Assembly (NCBI GenBank): GCA_020628615.1
Contig: JAHDEV010000006.1
Location: 1-41,992 of the forward strand
From: Dokdonia sp.
Lineage (GTDB): Bacteria > Bacteroidota > Bacteroidia > Flavobacteriales > Flavobacteriaceae
Direction of reading: 5' to 3'
DNA length: 41,992 nt
A model generated the notes under the pieces. The model made no database searches. It had not been told where the DNA came from and worked only from the letters and a program-made list of their open reading frames with translations. Shown here one piece after another: positions 9,641-18,439 of the stretch. Position 1 is the first letter of the stretch. Every line of letters starts with the position of its first letter. A program made the translations under genes and the position numbers.

Positions 9641-11680
9641 TTGAAAAAGACACGCATCGTAACGCTTATCAATTTGTTAGCTTTTGCATCAATTTGTTAC
9701 AGTCAGACGGGTTCAATACCTGAACAAACTATAGATACTGTAATCATACAATCTACTAGAATACAAAGTACCCTAGACAGAATTCCTGCCGCTGTTTCTG
9801 TAATTAAAACAGTACCACAAGACGCAACAAGACAACAGCTCTCATTGCAAGAATATGTACAGGGAGTCCCTGGAGTTTTTACTCAGAATGTAACAAACTT
9901 CGCCCAAGATTTGAGAGTCTCTATACGCGGTTTTGGGGCTCGATCTAGTTTTGGAATACGAGGAATAAAACTTGTTGTAGATGGTATACCAGAGACAACT
10001 CCAGATGGTCAAGGGCAATTAGATAACCTCACTTTAGGAATTATAGATCGCATAGAGGTTATAAAAGGACCTAGCTCGAGTCTTTACGGAAATGCCTCGG
10101 GTGGAGTTATTGATATAAAAACTAGGACCTATGATACTGAAAACCTAGGCACTGAGATAAAGGTGGGCGCTGGAGCTTTTGGTTTTCAAAATTATCAAGC
10201 TACAGCAGCTATAGGAGACTCACTAGCGAGCTATATCTTTCACGCAAATTATATGCAGTCTGATGGATACAGAGATCAAAGTGGTTTTGAGCAAATTAAC
10301 ACTAATTTTAAAGGAAGATTTGCACTTGCAGACAGCCTTTATCTAACCACCATACTTAATTACACAGATGCCCCGCAGGCAGATGACCCTGGAGGGTTAA
10401 CCCTGGAAGAGGTAAATGCAGATAGAAGACAGGCTCGTGACCGCAACCAGCTTTTTAAAACCGGAGAAGCTATCTCACAGCTTAAAGTGGGAGCGAGTTT
10501 AGAGTGGTTAATAAATAAAAAGAGCAACTTCACCACCTATGGGTTTTATAGCAATAGGCTTTTTGATGGACTGCTTCCTTTTGAAAATGGTGGCGTAGTA
10601 GATCTCAATCGCAATTATATGGGTCAGGGAGCAGCCTACAAGTATGAAAAGAGTCATAACACCTTACAAGTAGGGTATGATTTTGCTTTTCAAAATGACA
10701 GGCGCCGCAGGTTTCAAAACCTTGAAGGCGAGCAAGGAGATCTTTCCCTTAGTCAAAAGGAGAAGTTTACAAACCTTGGTGTTTACCTCACAGATCACTT
10801 CAATATTGATAAATGGCTTTTTACCGCAGGGGCTAGATTTGATTACAATAAACTTTCGGCAGATGATGATTTTCTTAGCGATGGAGATGATTCTGGTAGT
10901 GTAACTTTAAATTCTTTTAATCCAAGTGTGGGTGTGAGTTACGCTTTCGCGAAAGCGTTTATACCCTTTATAAATGTGTCAACCAGTTTTGAAACTCCCT
11001 CATTATCTGAGGTCTCTACGAGTCCAGATGGTCTCTCAGGCTTTAATGAAAGTTTAGCTCCTCAAAAAGCAACAAGCATTGAGGTGGGGGTTAAGGGCGC
11101 TTTACGTAACAAGCTGCGTTATCAGGTAACCACTTTTAGTATAAACACACGTGACGACCTTGTCCCTTTTGAACTAGAAGCATTTCCAGATCGTGAGTTT
11201 TATAGAAATGCAGGTAAAACTAACAGGCTAGGTGTTGAGGTGGAGGGACAGTATGTCTTCTCAAAAAACCTGCAAGCCACAGCATCATATACCTACTCAG
11301 ATTTTACCTATGATGAGTTTACCGTGGGAGATACAGATTATGCAGGTAATGCCTTGCCTGGTATTGCAAAGCATATGTCTACTTTGGGATTATTATATGA
11401 TACAGATGGAGGTTTTAGTGCACGAGTGAATGCAAACTTTATAGGGTCCCAGTTTGCGCAAGATAGTAATGAGACAGTGATAGACGGCTATGAACTGGTA
11501 AACGTACAGCTTAGTTATCAGACACTTTTTAGAGAGATACAAATCAAGCCGTATCTTGGACTCAATAATGCACTCGACCAACAATACACAGATAATGTGC
11601 GTATCAATGCTTTTGGTAATAGATTTTATGAACCGGCACCTGGATTTACAATGTACGGAGGGGTGATCTTAAATTTTTAA
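9641..11680 (+). CDS. TonB-dependent receptor, YncD/PqqU-like
   Basis: Signal peptide; TonB box DTVII; plug NFAQDLRVSIRGFGARSSFGIRGIKLVVDGIPETTPDGQGQ closely resembles E. coli YncD; C-terminal RFYEPAPG...F. Confidence 0.85.
   Translation: MKKTRIVTLINLLAFASICYSQTGSIPEQTIDTVIIQSTRIQSTLDRIPAAVSVIKTVPQDATRQQLSLQEYVQGVPGVFTQNVTNFAQDLRVSIRGFGARSSFGIRGIKLVVDGIPETTPDGQGQLDNLTLGIIDRIEVIKGPSSSLYGNASGGVIDIKTRTYDTENLGTEIKVGAGAFGFQNYQATAAIGDSLASYIFHANYMQSDGYRDQSGFEQINTNFKGRFALADSLYLTTILNYTDAPQADDPGGLTLEEVNADRRQARDRNQLFKTGEAISQLKVGASLEWLINKKSNFTTYGFYSNRLFDGLLPFENGGVVDLNRNYMGQGAAYKYEKSHNTLQVGYDFAFQNDRRRRFQNLEGEQGDLSLSQKEKFTNLGVYLTDHFNIDKWLFTAGARFDYNKLSADDDFLSDGDDSGSVTLNSFNPSVGVSYAFAKAFIPFINVSTSFETPSLSEVSTSPDGLSGFNESLAPQKATSIEVGVKGALRNKLRYQVTTFSINTRDDLVPFELEAFPDREFYRNAGKTNRLGVEVEGQYVFSKNLQATASYTYSDFTYDEFTVGDTDYAGNALPGIAKHMSTLGLLYDTDGGFSARVNANFIGSQFAQDSNETVIDGYELVNVQLSYQTLFREIQIKPYLGLNNALDQQYTDNVRINAFGNRFYEPAPGFTMYGGVILNF
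10942..10957. repeat. Palindrome copy 4 (in TonB receptor, AFAKA)
   Basis: Exact match. Confidence 0.95.
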
Positions 11681-11683
11681 AAA

Positions 11684-12442
11684 GTGACAGAATTACAAAC
11701 ATATGCTATCGCCATCGTAGGAGCCTTAATAGCTGGAGGGATTAACACCCTTGCAGGTAACGGTAGCGCCATAACACTCACCATACTTACAGAGGTGCTA
11801 GGCTTACCTCCTAATGTTGCAAACGGCACAAACAGAATAGGCATTTTTACACAGTGTACAGCTACCTCGTGGGTATTTCATAAAAACGGGAGGCTTAATA
11901 TCGCTCATCATAAAAAATACATTATTCCCATTTTTATAGGCGCAGTAGCAGGAGGCTTGCTTGCTATAAATGTAAGTAATGAGCAGTTTAGAGCTGTGTT
12001 TAAATTTATGATGCTCTTTATGCTTGTTGCTGTACTGGTAAGACCTAAACGCTGGTTGAGAGAGACAGACCTTGAGTTTAGACCTAAGTGGTATATCTAC
12101 ATTCCGCTATTATTTGCACTAGGCTTTTATGGCGGCTTTATACAGATGGGGATGGGAGTCTTTTTCCTTATTATTATGGTGCTGGGTATGCGTATGAATA
12201 TCATAGAAAGTAATGCGCTTAAAGGGTTTGTCATAGGTCTCTATACGTTACTAGTGATAGGCCTTTTTCATTATCAAGGTCTTATAGACTGGAAACTAGG
12301 GCTTATTATGGCTGTGGGGCAAACCATAGGAGGTTTCCTCACTGCTCGCTTTGCCACAAAATATAAGGGAGCAGACAAGGTGGCCTACTATGTTTTAATA
12401 ATAGTGCTAATAGCAGCCATTGCAAAATTATTTTTATTTTAA
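11684..12442 (+). CDS. TSUP family (TauE/SafE) membrane transporter
   Basis: AGGINTLAGNGS, ANGTNRIG, GFYGGFIQMGMG; about 8 TM helices. Confidence 0.85.
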   Translation: MTELQTYAIAIVGALIAGGINTLAGNGSAITLTILTEVLGLPPNVANGTNRIGIFTQCTATSWVFHKNGRLNIAHHKKYIIPIFIGAVAGGLLAINVSNEQFRAVFKFMMLFMLVAVLVRPKRWLRETDLEFRPKWYIYIPLLFALGFYGGFIQMGMGVFFLIIMVLGMRMNIIESNALKGFVIGLYTLLVIGLFHYQGLIDWKLGLIMAVGQTIGGFLTARFATKYKGADKVAYYVLIIVLIAAIAKLFLF

Positions 12443-12447
12443 GTGTC

Positions 12448-12463
12448 CGCTTTCGCGAAAGCG
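12448..12463. repeat. Palindrome copy 5 (TSUP-ThuA intergenic)
   Basis: Exact match, 5 bp after the stop codon. Confidence 0.95.
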
Positions 12464-12500
12464 TGATACCTATTCACATTATCAAAAAAAAACTATTAAT

Positions 12501-13568
12501 ATGAAAAATCTCTATCTAGCAGCACTCACATTTATGTCACTTATGGTAATAGGATGTGGAGAGCAAGGTCAAAAAGAGAAGCAAGAAGAGATGCAACCTA
12601 AAAAGTTGCGTGCACTCGTAATAGATGGTCAGAATAATCACGGAGTATGGCCTAAAACTTCGGTGATGATGAAATCTTACCTTGAAGAAACGGGCTTATT
12701 TGTGGTGGACCTTCATCGTGCAAAATACCTGTATCAAGGGCCACACCACGGCACTGTAGATGGTATTAATCACGATAGTATAACAAAGCTGGTAGATCTA
12801 TATAGATGGGAAGATTATAGAGTACATACCTCTACAGATACCATTACGCCAGACCCTAGTTTTAATCCACAATTTGATAAGTATGATGTAATTATTTCAA
12901 ATTTTGGGATGGACTCAAGCGAGTGGACAGATGAGGTGAAATCTAATTTTGAGCAGTATATGAAAAACGGTGGAGGACTGGTAGTTGTACACGCGGCAAA
13001 TAATTCTTTTGGAAATTGGGAGGCATATAACAAGATGATAGGTGTAGGTGGCTGGGGTCATCGTGACCTTACCAAAGGAAAACAGATCTATTATGATGAA
13101 AATGATGAGCAAGTTATTGCTCCTGTAAACGGTGACGAATCTTCTCACGGTCCAGAGGTTGAGTTTTTAATTACGACCAGAGCACCAGAGCATCCTATTA
13201 TGAAAGATCTACCTGCGGAGTGGTTACATACTAAAGACGAGTTATATGACCGCTTGCGTGGTCCGGCCGAGAATGTAACGGTGCTAGCCACTGCATACTC
13301 AGATGTAGAAGGTAATGCGCAACCGTGGGCACCAGAAAATAAGGGGTCTGGGCGTACAGAGCCATTACTTATGACTATAAACTATGAGGAGGGGCGCGTG
13401 TTTCATACAGCGCTAGGACATATGGATTACTCTATGGAGGGTGTTGGGTTTATTACAACACTACAAAGAGGAGCAGAGTGGGCAGCTACAGGAAAGGTGA
13501 CCCAAGAGGTGCCAAAAGATTTTCCAACAAAAAAGAGCGCAAAAATGCGCTCTTATAATCCTTTATAA
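12501..13568 (+). CDS. ThuA-like domain lipoprotein
   Basis: True start ATG 12501 (MKNLYLAAL...VIGC lipobox); DGQNNH, GGGLVVVHAA, HPIMKDLP, DELY, GRVFHTALGH. Confidence 0.8.
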   Translation: MKNLYLAALTFMSLMVIGCGEQGQKEKQEEMQPKKLRALVIDGQNNHGVWPKTSVMMKSYLEETGLFVVDLHRAKYLYQGPHHGTVDGINHDSITKLVDLYRWEDYRVHTSTDTITPDPSFNPQFDKYDVIISNFGMDSSEWTDEVKSNFEQYMKNGGGLVVVHAANNSFGNWEAYNKMIGVGGWGHRDLTKGKQIYYDENDEQVIAPVNGDESSHGPEVEFLITTRAPEHPIMKDLPAEWLHTKDELYDRLRGPAENVTVLATAYSDVEGNAQPWAPENKGSGRTEPLLMTINYEEGRVFHTALGHMDYSMEGVGFITTLQRGAEWAATGKVTQEVPKDFPTKKSAKMRSYNPL

Positions 13569-13576
13569 AAATGTAA

Positions 13577-13798
13577 TTAAGCGGCAAGTCTCCCCTTAAT
13601 ACGTTTCTCTATTTTTTTCTTTTTTACCGTAAGACGTTTCATAACCTCCATAAGGTGGCTATCTTTTGTTTTTTTGTAAATCTCGTTTATGGCAAGAATG
13701 AGTTTCTTTCCTTCTCTAGAAGCGGCAACTCTGTCGCTTGTAGACATATGACTCATTGTTCTATTTTCATAAACTTCAGCTTGTTGTAAGAGGTCCAT
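13577..13798 (-). CDS. Small basic helical hypothetical protein
   Basis: 73-aa ORF with ATG filling an intergenic gap; no recognised motif. Confidence 0.6.
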   Translation of the reverse strand: MDLLQQAEVYENRTMSHMSTSDRVAASREGKKLILAINEIYKKTKDSHLMEVMKRLTVKKKKIEKRIKGRLAA

Positions 13799-13920
13799 AA
13801 CTAATTTGTTTAATTTTAGGTTAAATTAATTAAACATTTTCTATTTGGCTAGAAATCTGAATCATTTATGATTATTTTATGATTTAAAAGCCTTATATGC
13901 AAGTCAAACCAAAAGCATTG

Positions 13921-14988
13921 TTAAAATTCTTTGAACCTGTTGTCTAGCAAGAAGTCGTTATCTGTAAGTGTTTTAAGAAAAGTAATGATTTTTTCTTTTT
14001 CATCTTGGGTAATATCTAGGCCTAGCGTGCCATCTGGGCGCACAAGAAGTGGGTCTAGATTATCACTGGCTGTAACACCATCCGTATAAAAGTCTAGTAC
14101 ATCTTGTAGTGACTGCAATCTACCATCGTGCATATATGGAAAGGTGATCTCTATATTACGTAAACTGGGTACTTTAAACTTTCTATTGTCTTCTGGTAAA
14201 CCCGTAACGCGCGCTCTGCCTATATCATTAAATGCTGGGTCTATCGCCAGCCCATTATTGCGATATGTCTGGTCTGTTTGCAAGGTGCCTGCGTGACAGC
14301 TAGCACACTTTGCATCAAAAAGAATGCGCCCAGCATCTTCATCTGGAGTTAAGGTAACAGCCTCACCACGTTCCCACTTATCATATTTTGAGTTTGCACT
14401 TATCATCATCACTATAAATTGTGATAATGCCTTAAATGTGCGCTCTGTAGTAATTTCTTGGTCACCAAAAGCATTTGCATATAACTGAGGGTAGTTGTCA
14501 TCATCACGCAGTTTATTAAGCACATTAGAGATGGTTTCGTTCATTTCCTTTTCTGCCGTAATTGGGATAATAAATTGTGAGTCTAAAAACGTTGCGGCAC
14601 CATCCCAAGTAAAGTCTGCCATAAATGCTAAGTTATGTAACGGCTGTGCATTGCGACTACCTATTTGCCCATCTACACCGTGGCTGGTGATATGTGTATG
14701 ATGGGTAAATGCAAACTCTTGTATGTGACAAAAACCACAAGAAACAACTCCGTCTGAAGCGAGCCTGCCATCAAAGAAAAGCCGCTTTCCTAGCTCAAAG
14801 CCTTGTTCTGTAGGTGGGTTTTGGGTAATGTCATACGTACTCTCCGGAAAATTAGAAGGGATCTCAAAATTAAGTGCAGGATTAGGTAACGGCGTGTAGC
14901 CATCATCTGTCATTACGCTAGTGTCATCTGTACCTTCTGTAGCGCAGGAGATTGAGATGAAAAGTAGTATGTATAATAGTTGTTTCAT
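13921..14988 (-). CDS. Diheme cytochrome c peroxidase, MbnH/MauG-like lipoprotein
   Basis: Lipobox SISC; two CxxCH (CGFCH, CASCH); LGKRLFFD, FTWDG, FKVPSLRN, PYMHDG; Tyr (VLDFY) aligns with the Met axial ligand of classical bacterial CCPs. Confidence 0.88.
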   Translation of the reverse strand: MKQLLYILLFISISCATEGTDDTSVMTDDGYTPLPNPALNFEIPSNFPESTYDITQNPPTEQGFELGKRLFFDGRLASDGVVSCGFCHIQEFAFTHHTHITSHGVDGQIGSRNAQPLHNLAFMADFTWDGAATFLDSQFIIPITAEKEMNETISNVLNKLRDDDNYPQLYANAFGDQEITTERTFKALSQFIVMMISANSKYDKWERGEAVTLTPDEDAGRILFDAKCASCHAGTLQTDQTYRNNGLAIDPAFNDIGRARVTGLPEDNRKFKVPSLRNIEITFPYMHDGRLQSLQDVLDFYTDGVTASDNLDPLLVRPDGTLGLDITQDEKEKIITFLKTLTDNDFLLDNRFKEF

Positions 14989-15738
14989 TTATTCTATACT
15001 AAATGCTGTGCGTACATTTTCGGCAATTTTTGGAGCATTTTCTGGGTCTACTTGTATATCATCTTTGGCAACCAGCGACATTGTGTTTGTGCTGTCAAAA
15101 ATCTTAGCCACATCAAAATTAATAGTTTGAGTTGTGGTGTTTGATGCGGTTACCGCTTTCGCGAAAGCGAGATTAATCTCTTTATAATTATCCAAATTTG
15201 CACCGTGACTCCCTACGTGATAAGTAAACGGGTTTGCATCATCTGTATCTACTGTGGTTGAATAAGTACCTTCAAATTTTAAAAACTTGTAGCCCGCAGA
15301 CCAGGTCCATAACATTCCAGCCTCCTCTGCAGTGGGTATAAAATTTACAGATCCAGACTCAATAGGGTATCGAGTAGGGTCTACACCAAAACCAAAATTT
15401 ATAGCCGTATACGTACCCACAGGAATGCTGTCTAGCAAGGCAGTTTTTGTACCCGCCTCATCTATTACAAAGTAACTTTTGTCTACCGGTATGGTGTGAA
15501 CAGTATTATCTGCTCTGGTGAGCTGTATGTTTGAGATAATATATTTTAACTCAGAGACGCTGTATCCTTCACCACTTAGGTTTGCATACGTTTGTGTGTT
15601 AAGCGTGAGTGGAGATGCTGCTACGGTGTTTTCAAAAACTAGGTTTAAAGATCCATAAGTCGTACCCATATCATCGTTATCCTCATTGCACGACAGCAAG
15701 AGGAGTGCGATTGTACATAAAGCGATTATCTGTTTCAT
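14989..15738 (-). CDS. MbnP family copper-binding lipoprotein
   Basis: Lipobox LLSC; LKYIISNI, GMLWTWSAGYKFLKFEG (WxW motif), YHVG; directly adjacent to the MbnH-like gene. Confidence 0.85.
   Translation of the reverse strand: MKQIIALCTIALLLLSCNEDNDDMGTTYGSLNLVFENTVAASPLTLNTQTYANLSGEGYSVSELKYIISNIQLTRADNTVHTIPVDKSYFVIDEAGTKTALLDSIPVGTYTAINFGFGVDPTRYPIESGSVNFIPTAEEAGMLWTWSAGYKFLKFEGTYSTTVDTDDANPFTYHVGSHGANLDNYKEINLAFAKAVTASNTTTQTINFDVAKIFDSTNTMSLVAKDDIQVDPENAPKIAENVRTAFSIE
15154..15169. repeat. Palindrome copy 6 (in MbnP, AFAKA)
   Basis: Exact match. Confidence 0.95.
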
Positions 15739-15746
15739 AATATGAT

Positions 15747-17195
15747 TTAGTTAAGTTTTATAATTACGGCGTCTGTTGCTCCTTTTGAGGCAACTAGGGG
15801 TCCACTTGTGCTATCTGTGTCTCCAGCGATAATCAAGGTTCCATTTGTAGTGGCGGTGATGCCGTAGCCAAAATCTTGACCATTACCGCCAAAGGATTGT
15901 TGCTTAATCAACTCGCCATTTTGATCTATAGATACTACCCAGATATCGTTCTGGCCATTGTTAGTCGTTACCTGTCCATCTAGGCTGCGCGAGGCACCCG
16001 TTATAGCATACCCAGCTGGCGTTTGGGTGATGCTGCGAGTAGTTTCAAAATTTGACCCACCTAGTGTTTTCTCCCAGAGTAGTTCTCCCTGGTCGCTTAG
16101 TTTTACGAGCCATACATCTGCGCTTCCGCGAAAGTTTGTTACATCTCCATCACTACTTCTCGTGTCACCGGCTAGAAGGTAGGCTCCATCTGGCGTAGTG
16201 GTAGCTGCATAGGCAATCTCTATCTGGCTTCCTCCTAGCGATTGCTCCCAGAGTAAATCTCCCGTAGCACTTAGTCTTACTGCCCAGAAGTCATAACTTC
16301 CTCGTGGGTCTGATATGTCAAAATCATTACTCTCTGAGTTACCTATCATAAGGATCCCACCATCTGGTGCTTGTAGTGCCTCATATGATCTGTCATTATT
16401 AGTGCCGCCAAAATACCTTCTCCACTCTAAATTGCCATTTGCATCTAGTTTATGACCCCAAAACTCACCCACGCCGTGTAGTGTTGCCCGGGTTTCATTA
16501 TTAGTATTATCTGTTTGTTGAAGTCCATCATTTCCTTGACCTTGAGATGCAGTTACGTCTAGAAATCCTGAGGTAAAGAAACCACCATCTGTAGTCTGTA
16601 TAAGTCCATATGCCTGATCTGAACCTGAAAAGCCATAGCTCTTTTGCCATAGTATATTACCTTGAGAGTCAAGCTTTGCGATCCAGTGATCATAAAAACC
16701 TGCATTTTCTGTCATATCACCATCGCTGCTCTCGCTGTAGCCTAGTATGGCATATCCTCCATCTGTGGTTGTAATTACTTTTGTGCCTCGGCTATCCTCA
16801 CTGCCGCCATAAGTTTTTGACCACTCTATGGCACCATCTTGATCTGCCTTAACAAGCCACAGTTTATTAATCTGGCTGTCATTATCTGTCACGTCACCAT
16901 CTACACTTTGTGTATGGCCTAAAGCAGCAAATCCTCCATCTGGAGTCGCTGTAATGGCTTGAAAGGTATCTACCTGGCTTCCGCCATAAATGCTTGTGTA
17001 TTGCACGGTAAAACCTTCTTCTGGAGTGACGGTGTCGTCTGTGTTTACTACATCATCTGTTATCGTGATATCGTCTGTAAGAAGTTCTTCATCATCTTTA
17101 CAAGCAATGGCAAGGATGAGGAGTATACAAAAGGAATAAGTACGCTTTCGCGAAAGCGTAAACCACATCATCTTTATAAATTTATTTTTTTTCAT
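15747..17195 (-). CDS. Lipoprotein with about 7 'W.K.YGGS.D / T.DGG' beta-propeller-like repeats
   Basis: Lipobox AIAC; repeated LDxxGNxxWxKxYGGS and TxDGG(F/Y) units. Confidence 0.75.
   Translation of the reverse strand: MKKNKFIKMMWFTLSRKRTYSFCILLILAIACKDDEELLTDDITITDDVVNTDDTVTPEEGFTVQYTSIYGGSQVDTFQAITATPDGGFAALGHTQSVDGDVTDNDSQINKLWLVKADQDGAIEWSKTYGGSEDSRGTKVITTTDGGYAILGYSESSDGDMTENAGFYDHWIAKLDSQGNILWQKSYGFSGSDQAYGLIQTTDGGFFTSGFLDVTASQGQGNDGLQQTDNTNNETRATLHGVGEFWGHKLDANGNLEWRRYFGGTNNDRSYEALQAPDGGILMIGNSESNDFDISDPRGSYDFWAVRLSATGDLLWEQSLGGSQIEIAYAATTTPDGAYLLAGDTRSSDGDVTNFRGSADVWLVKLSDQGELLWEKTLGGSNFETTRSITQTPAGYAITGASRSLDGQVTTNNGQNDIWVVSIDQNGELIKQQSFGGNGQDFGYGITATTNGTLIIAGDTDSTSGPLVASKGATDAVIIKLN
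17143..17158. repeat. Palindrome copy 7 (in lipoprotein signal peptide, LSRKR)
   Basis: Exact; TA flanks on both sides (20-bp palindrome). Confidence 0.95.
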
Positions 17196-17197
17196 AA

Positions 17198-18439
17198 TTA
17201 AGTGCCAGATTTACGAATGATAAAGAGGCCCCGAGAGATATCTGAAATGATAATGTTACCACTATCAAAATAAGGGTAGACACTCCAAGCTCCACTAAAC
17301 TCTGTAGCATCATTTTCTGGGTGTGTGTCAAAAGAACCGATATCTGTTATACTCTCAAGACTACTGCCGCTTATATCTGCAATGCGTAGCCCTGCGGTGT
17401 AATTTGTTAAGTATAAATCAAAATCTTTTACATAAAGATTGTGGTCTATGGCCTGTGTAGGGCCAAAATATGGACCGGTGTAAACGGGGTTGTCTAGATC
17501 TGTAAGATCAAAGACAAGTGTTCTTGAGTTGAATCCGAATTCGGTTTCATCAAACTCATCATTTGCATAGTAAATTGTATGACTCTCATCAAACCATCCT
17601 TGATGTATGTAGCCTACATTATCTTGACTTACGGTAGCGATAAGTTGTGGGTTACCTTTATCTGTCACATCTGCTATGACTACAACATCTTCATTACTGG
17701 CGAGTAAAATCTCTCGCCCTACATAATCCATATCTGGACCGTTGTAAGTCACTACTTGGGCGTCGTGTGTATAACCAGATCCTTCATAACCCCCAGCAGA
17801 AGTAGGACTCGTGGGTGTACTTATATCTATAAAATGAGGACCTCCTAAAAATGTTTCTGTACCTACAACATATGCAAAACCTGAATCTTCATTTATAACA
17901 ATATTATGGGCGTTGCCTATGTCTGTGTATAATGCATCTGCATCAAAGGTTATGGGTGTGTTTTGTGCATTACGCAATCTTGTGAGGTCAAAAACTTGCA
18001 TTCCGTGGTTTGCCGCCTCACTCACAATAAATGCGTGGTCATTATACACCTTAATATCTCTCCATCTTGAGTTTATAGATGCCGTAGGGAGTTTACCTAT
18101 AATGGTAGGGTTTTGAGCATTTGTTATATCTATAAAAATGGTGCTCGCCTGGCCTCCTAGAATAGCATATTCACGTGATGTTGTGGCATCTGTCCAGCCC
18201 CAGATGTCATTAAAGCCTGGTTCTCCTATAGTCTCTCGTGATAGATGCGACATAAGATCATAGTTTGCACAAGGGTAGATATCTGCCATTCCATTATCAC
18301 AGGGTGTGCGTACAAGTATATCTGTCACCACTTGTTCTGGTGTGGTAGGCTCTTCGGGTACTGGTAATCCTGTAGGATCATCATCTTTACAAGAGAGAAC
18401 GAGAAGTGCTAGAATGAGTATGTAAGAGGTTATCTTCAT
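17198..18439 (-). CDS. Choice-of-anchor B family protein, lipoprotein-anchored
   Basis: Lipobox VLSC; NDIWGWTD, WRDIKVY, HGMQVFDL, AHNIVIN, THDAQ, IHQGW, IDHN, GAWSVYPY. Confidence 0.85.
   Translation of the reverse strand: MKITSYILILALLVLSCKDDDPTGLPVPEEPTTPEQVVTDILVRTPCDNGMADIYPCANYDLMSHLSRETIGEPGFNDIWGWTDATTSREYAILGGQASTIFIDITNAQNPTIIGKLPTASINSRWRDIKVYNDHAFIVSEAANHGMQVFDLTRLRNAQNTPITFDADALYTDIGNAHNIVINEDSGFAYVVGTETFLGGPHFIDISTPTSPTSAGGYEGSGYTHDAQVVTYNGPDMDYVGREILLASNEDVVVIADVTDKGNPQLIATVSQDNVGYIHQGWFDESHTIYYANDEFDETEFGFNSRTLVFDLTDLDNPVYTGPYFGPTQAIDHNLYVKDFDLYLTNYTAGLRIADISGSSLESITDIGSFDTHPENDATEFSGAWSVYPYFDSGNIIISDISRGLFIIRKSGT

Noticed and set aside
9556-9672. Longer ORF-track starts for 7150..9672 (also 18436..19947, 19993..21063 and 21471..22283)
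   Set aside because: Extensions run into divergent genes or promoters; downstream ATGs give sensible N-termini.
12420-12500. N-terminal extension of the ThuA ORF containing LSRKR
   Set aside because: Overlaps the TSUP gene; ATG 12501 gives a proper lipoprotein signal, so this palindrome copy is intergenic.
13921-15738. Methanobactin biosynthetic cluster
   Set aside because: Only MbnP and MbnH-like genes are present; no mbnA precursor, mbnB/C or mbnT in the window.
16121-16136. CGCTTCCGCGAAAGTT as a sixteenth palindrome copy
   Set aside because: Three mismatches; could be chance or a decayed/nascent site. Excluded from counts (including it would create two gaps of about 1 kb).
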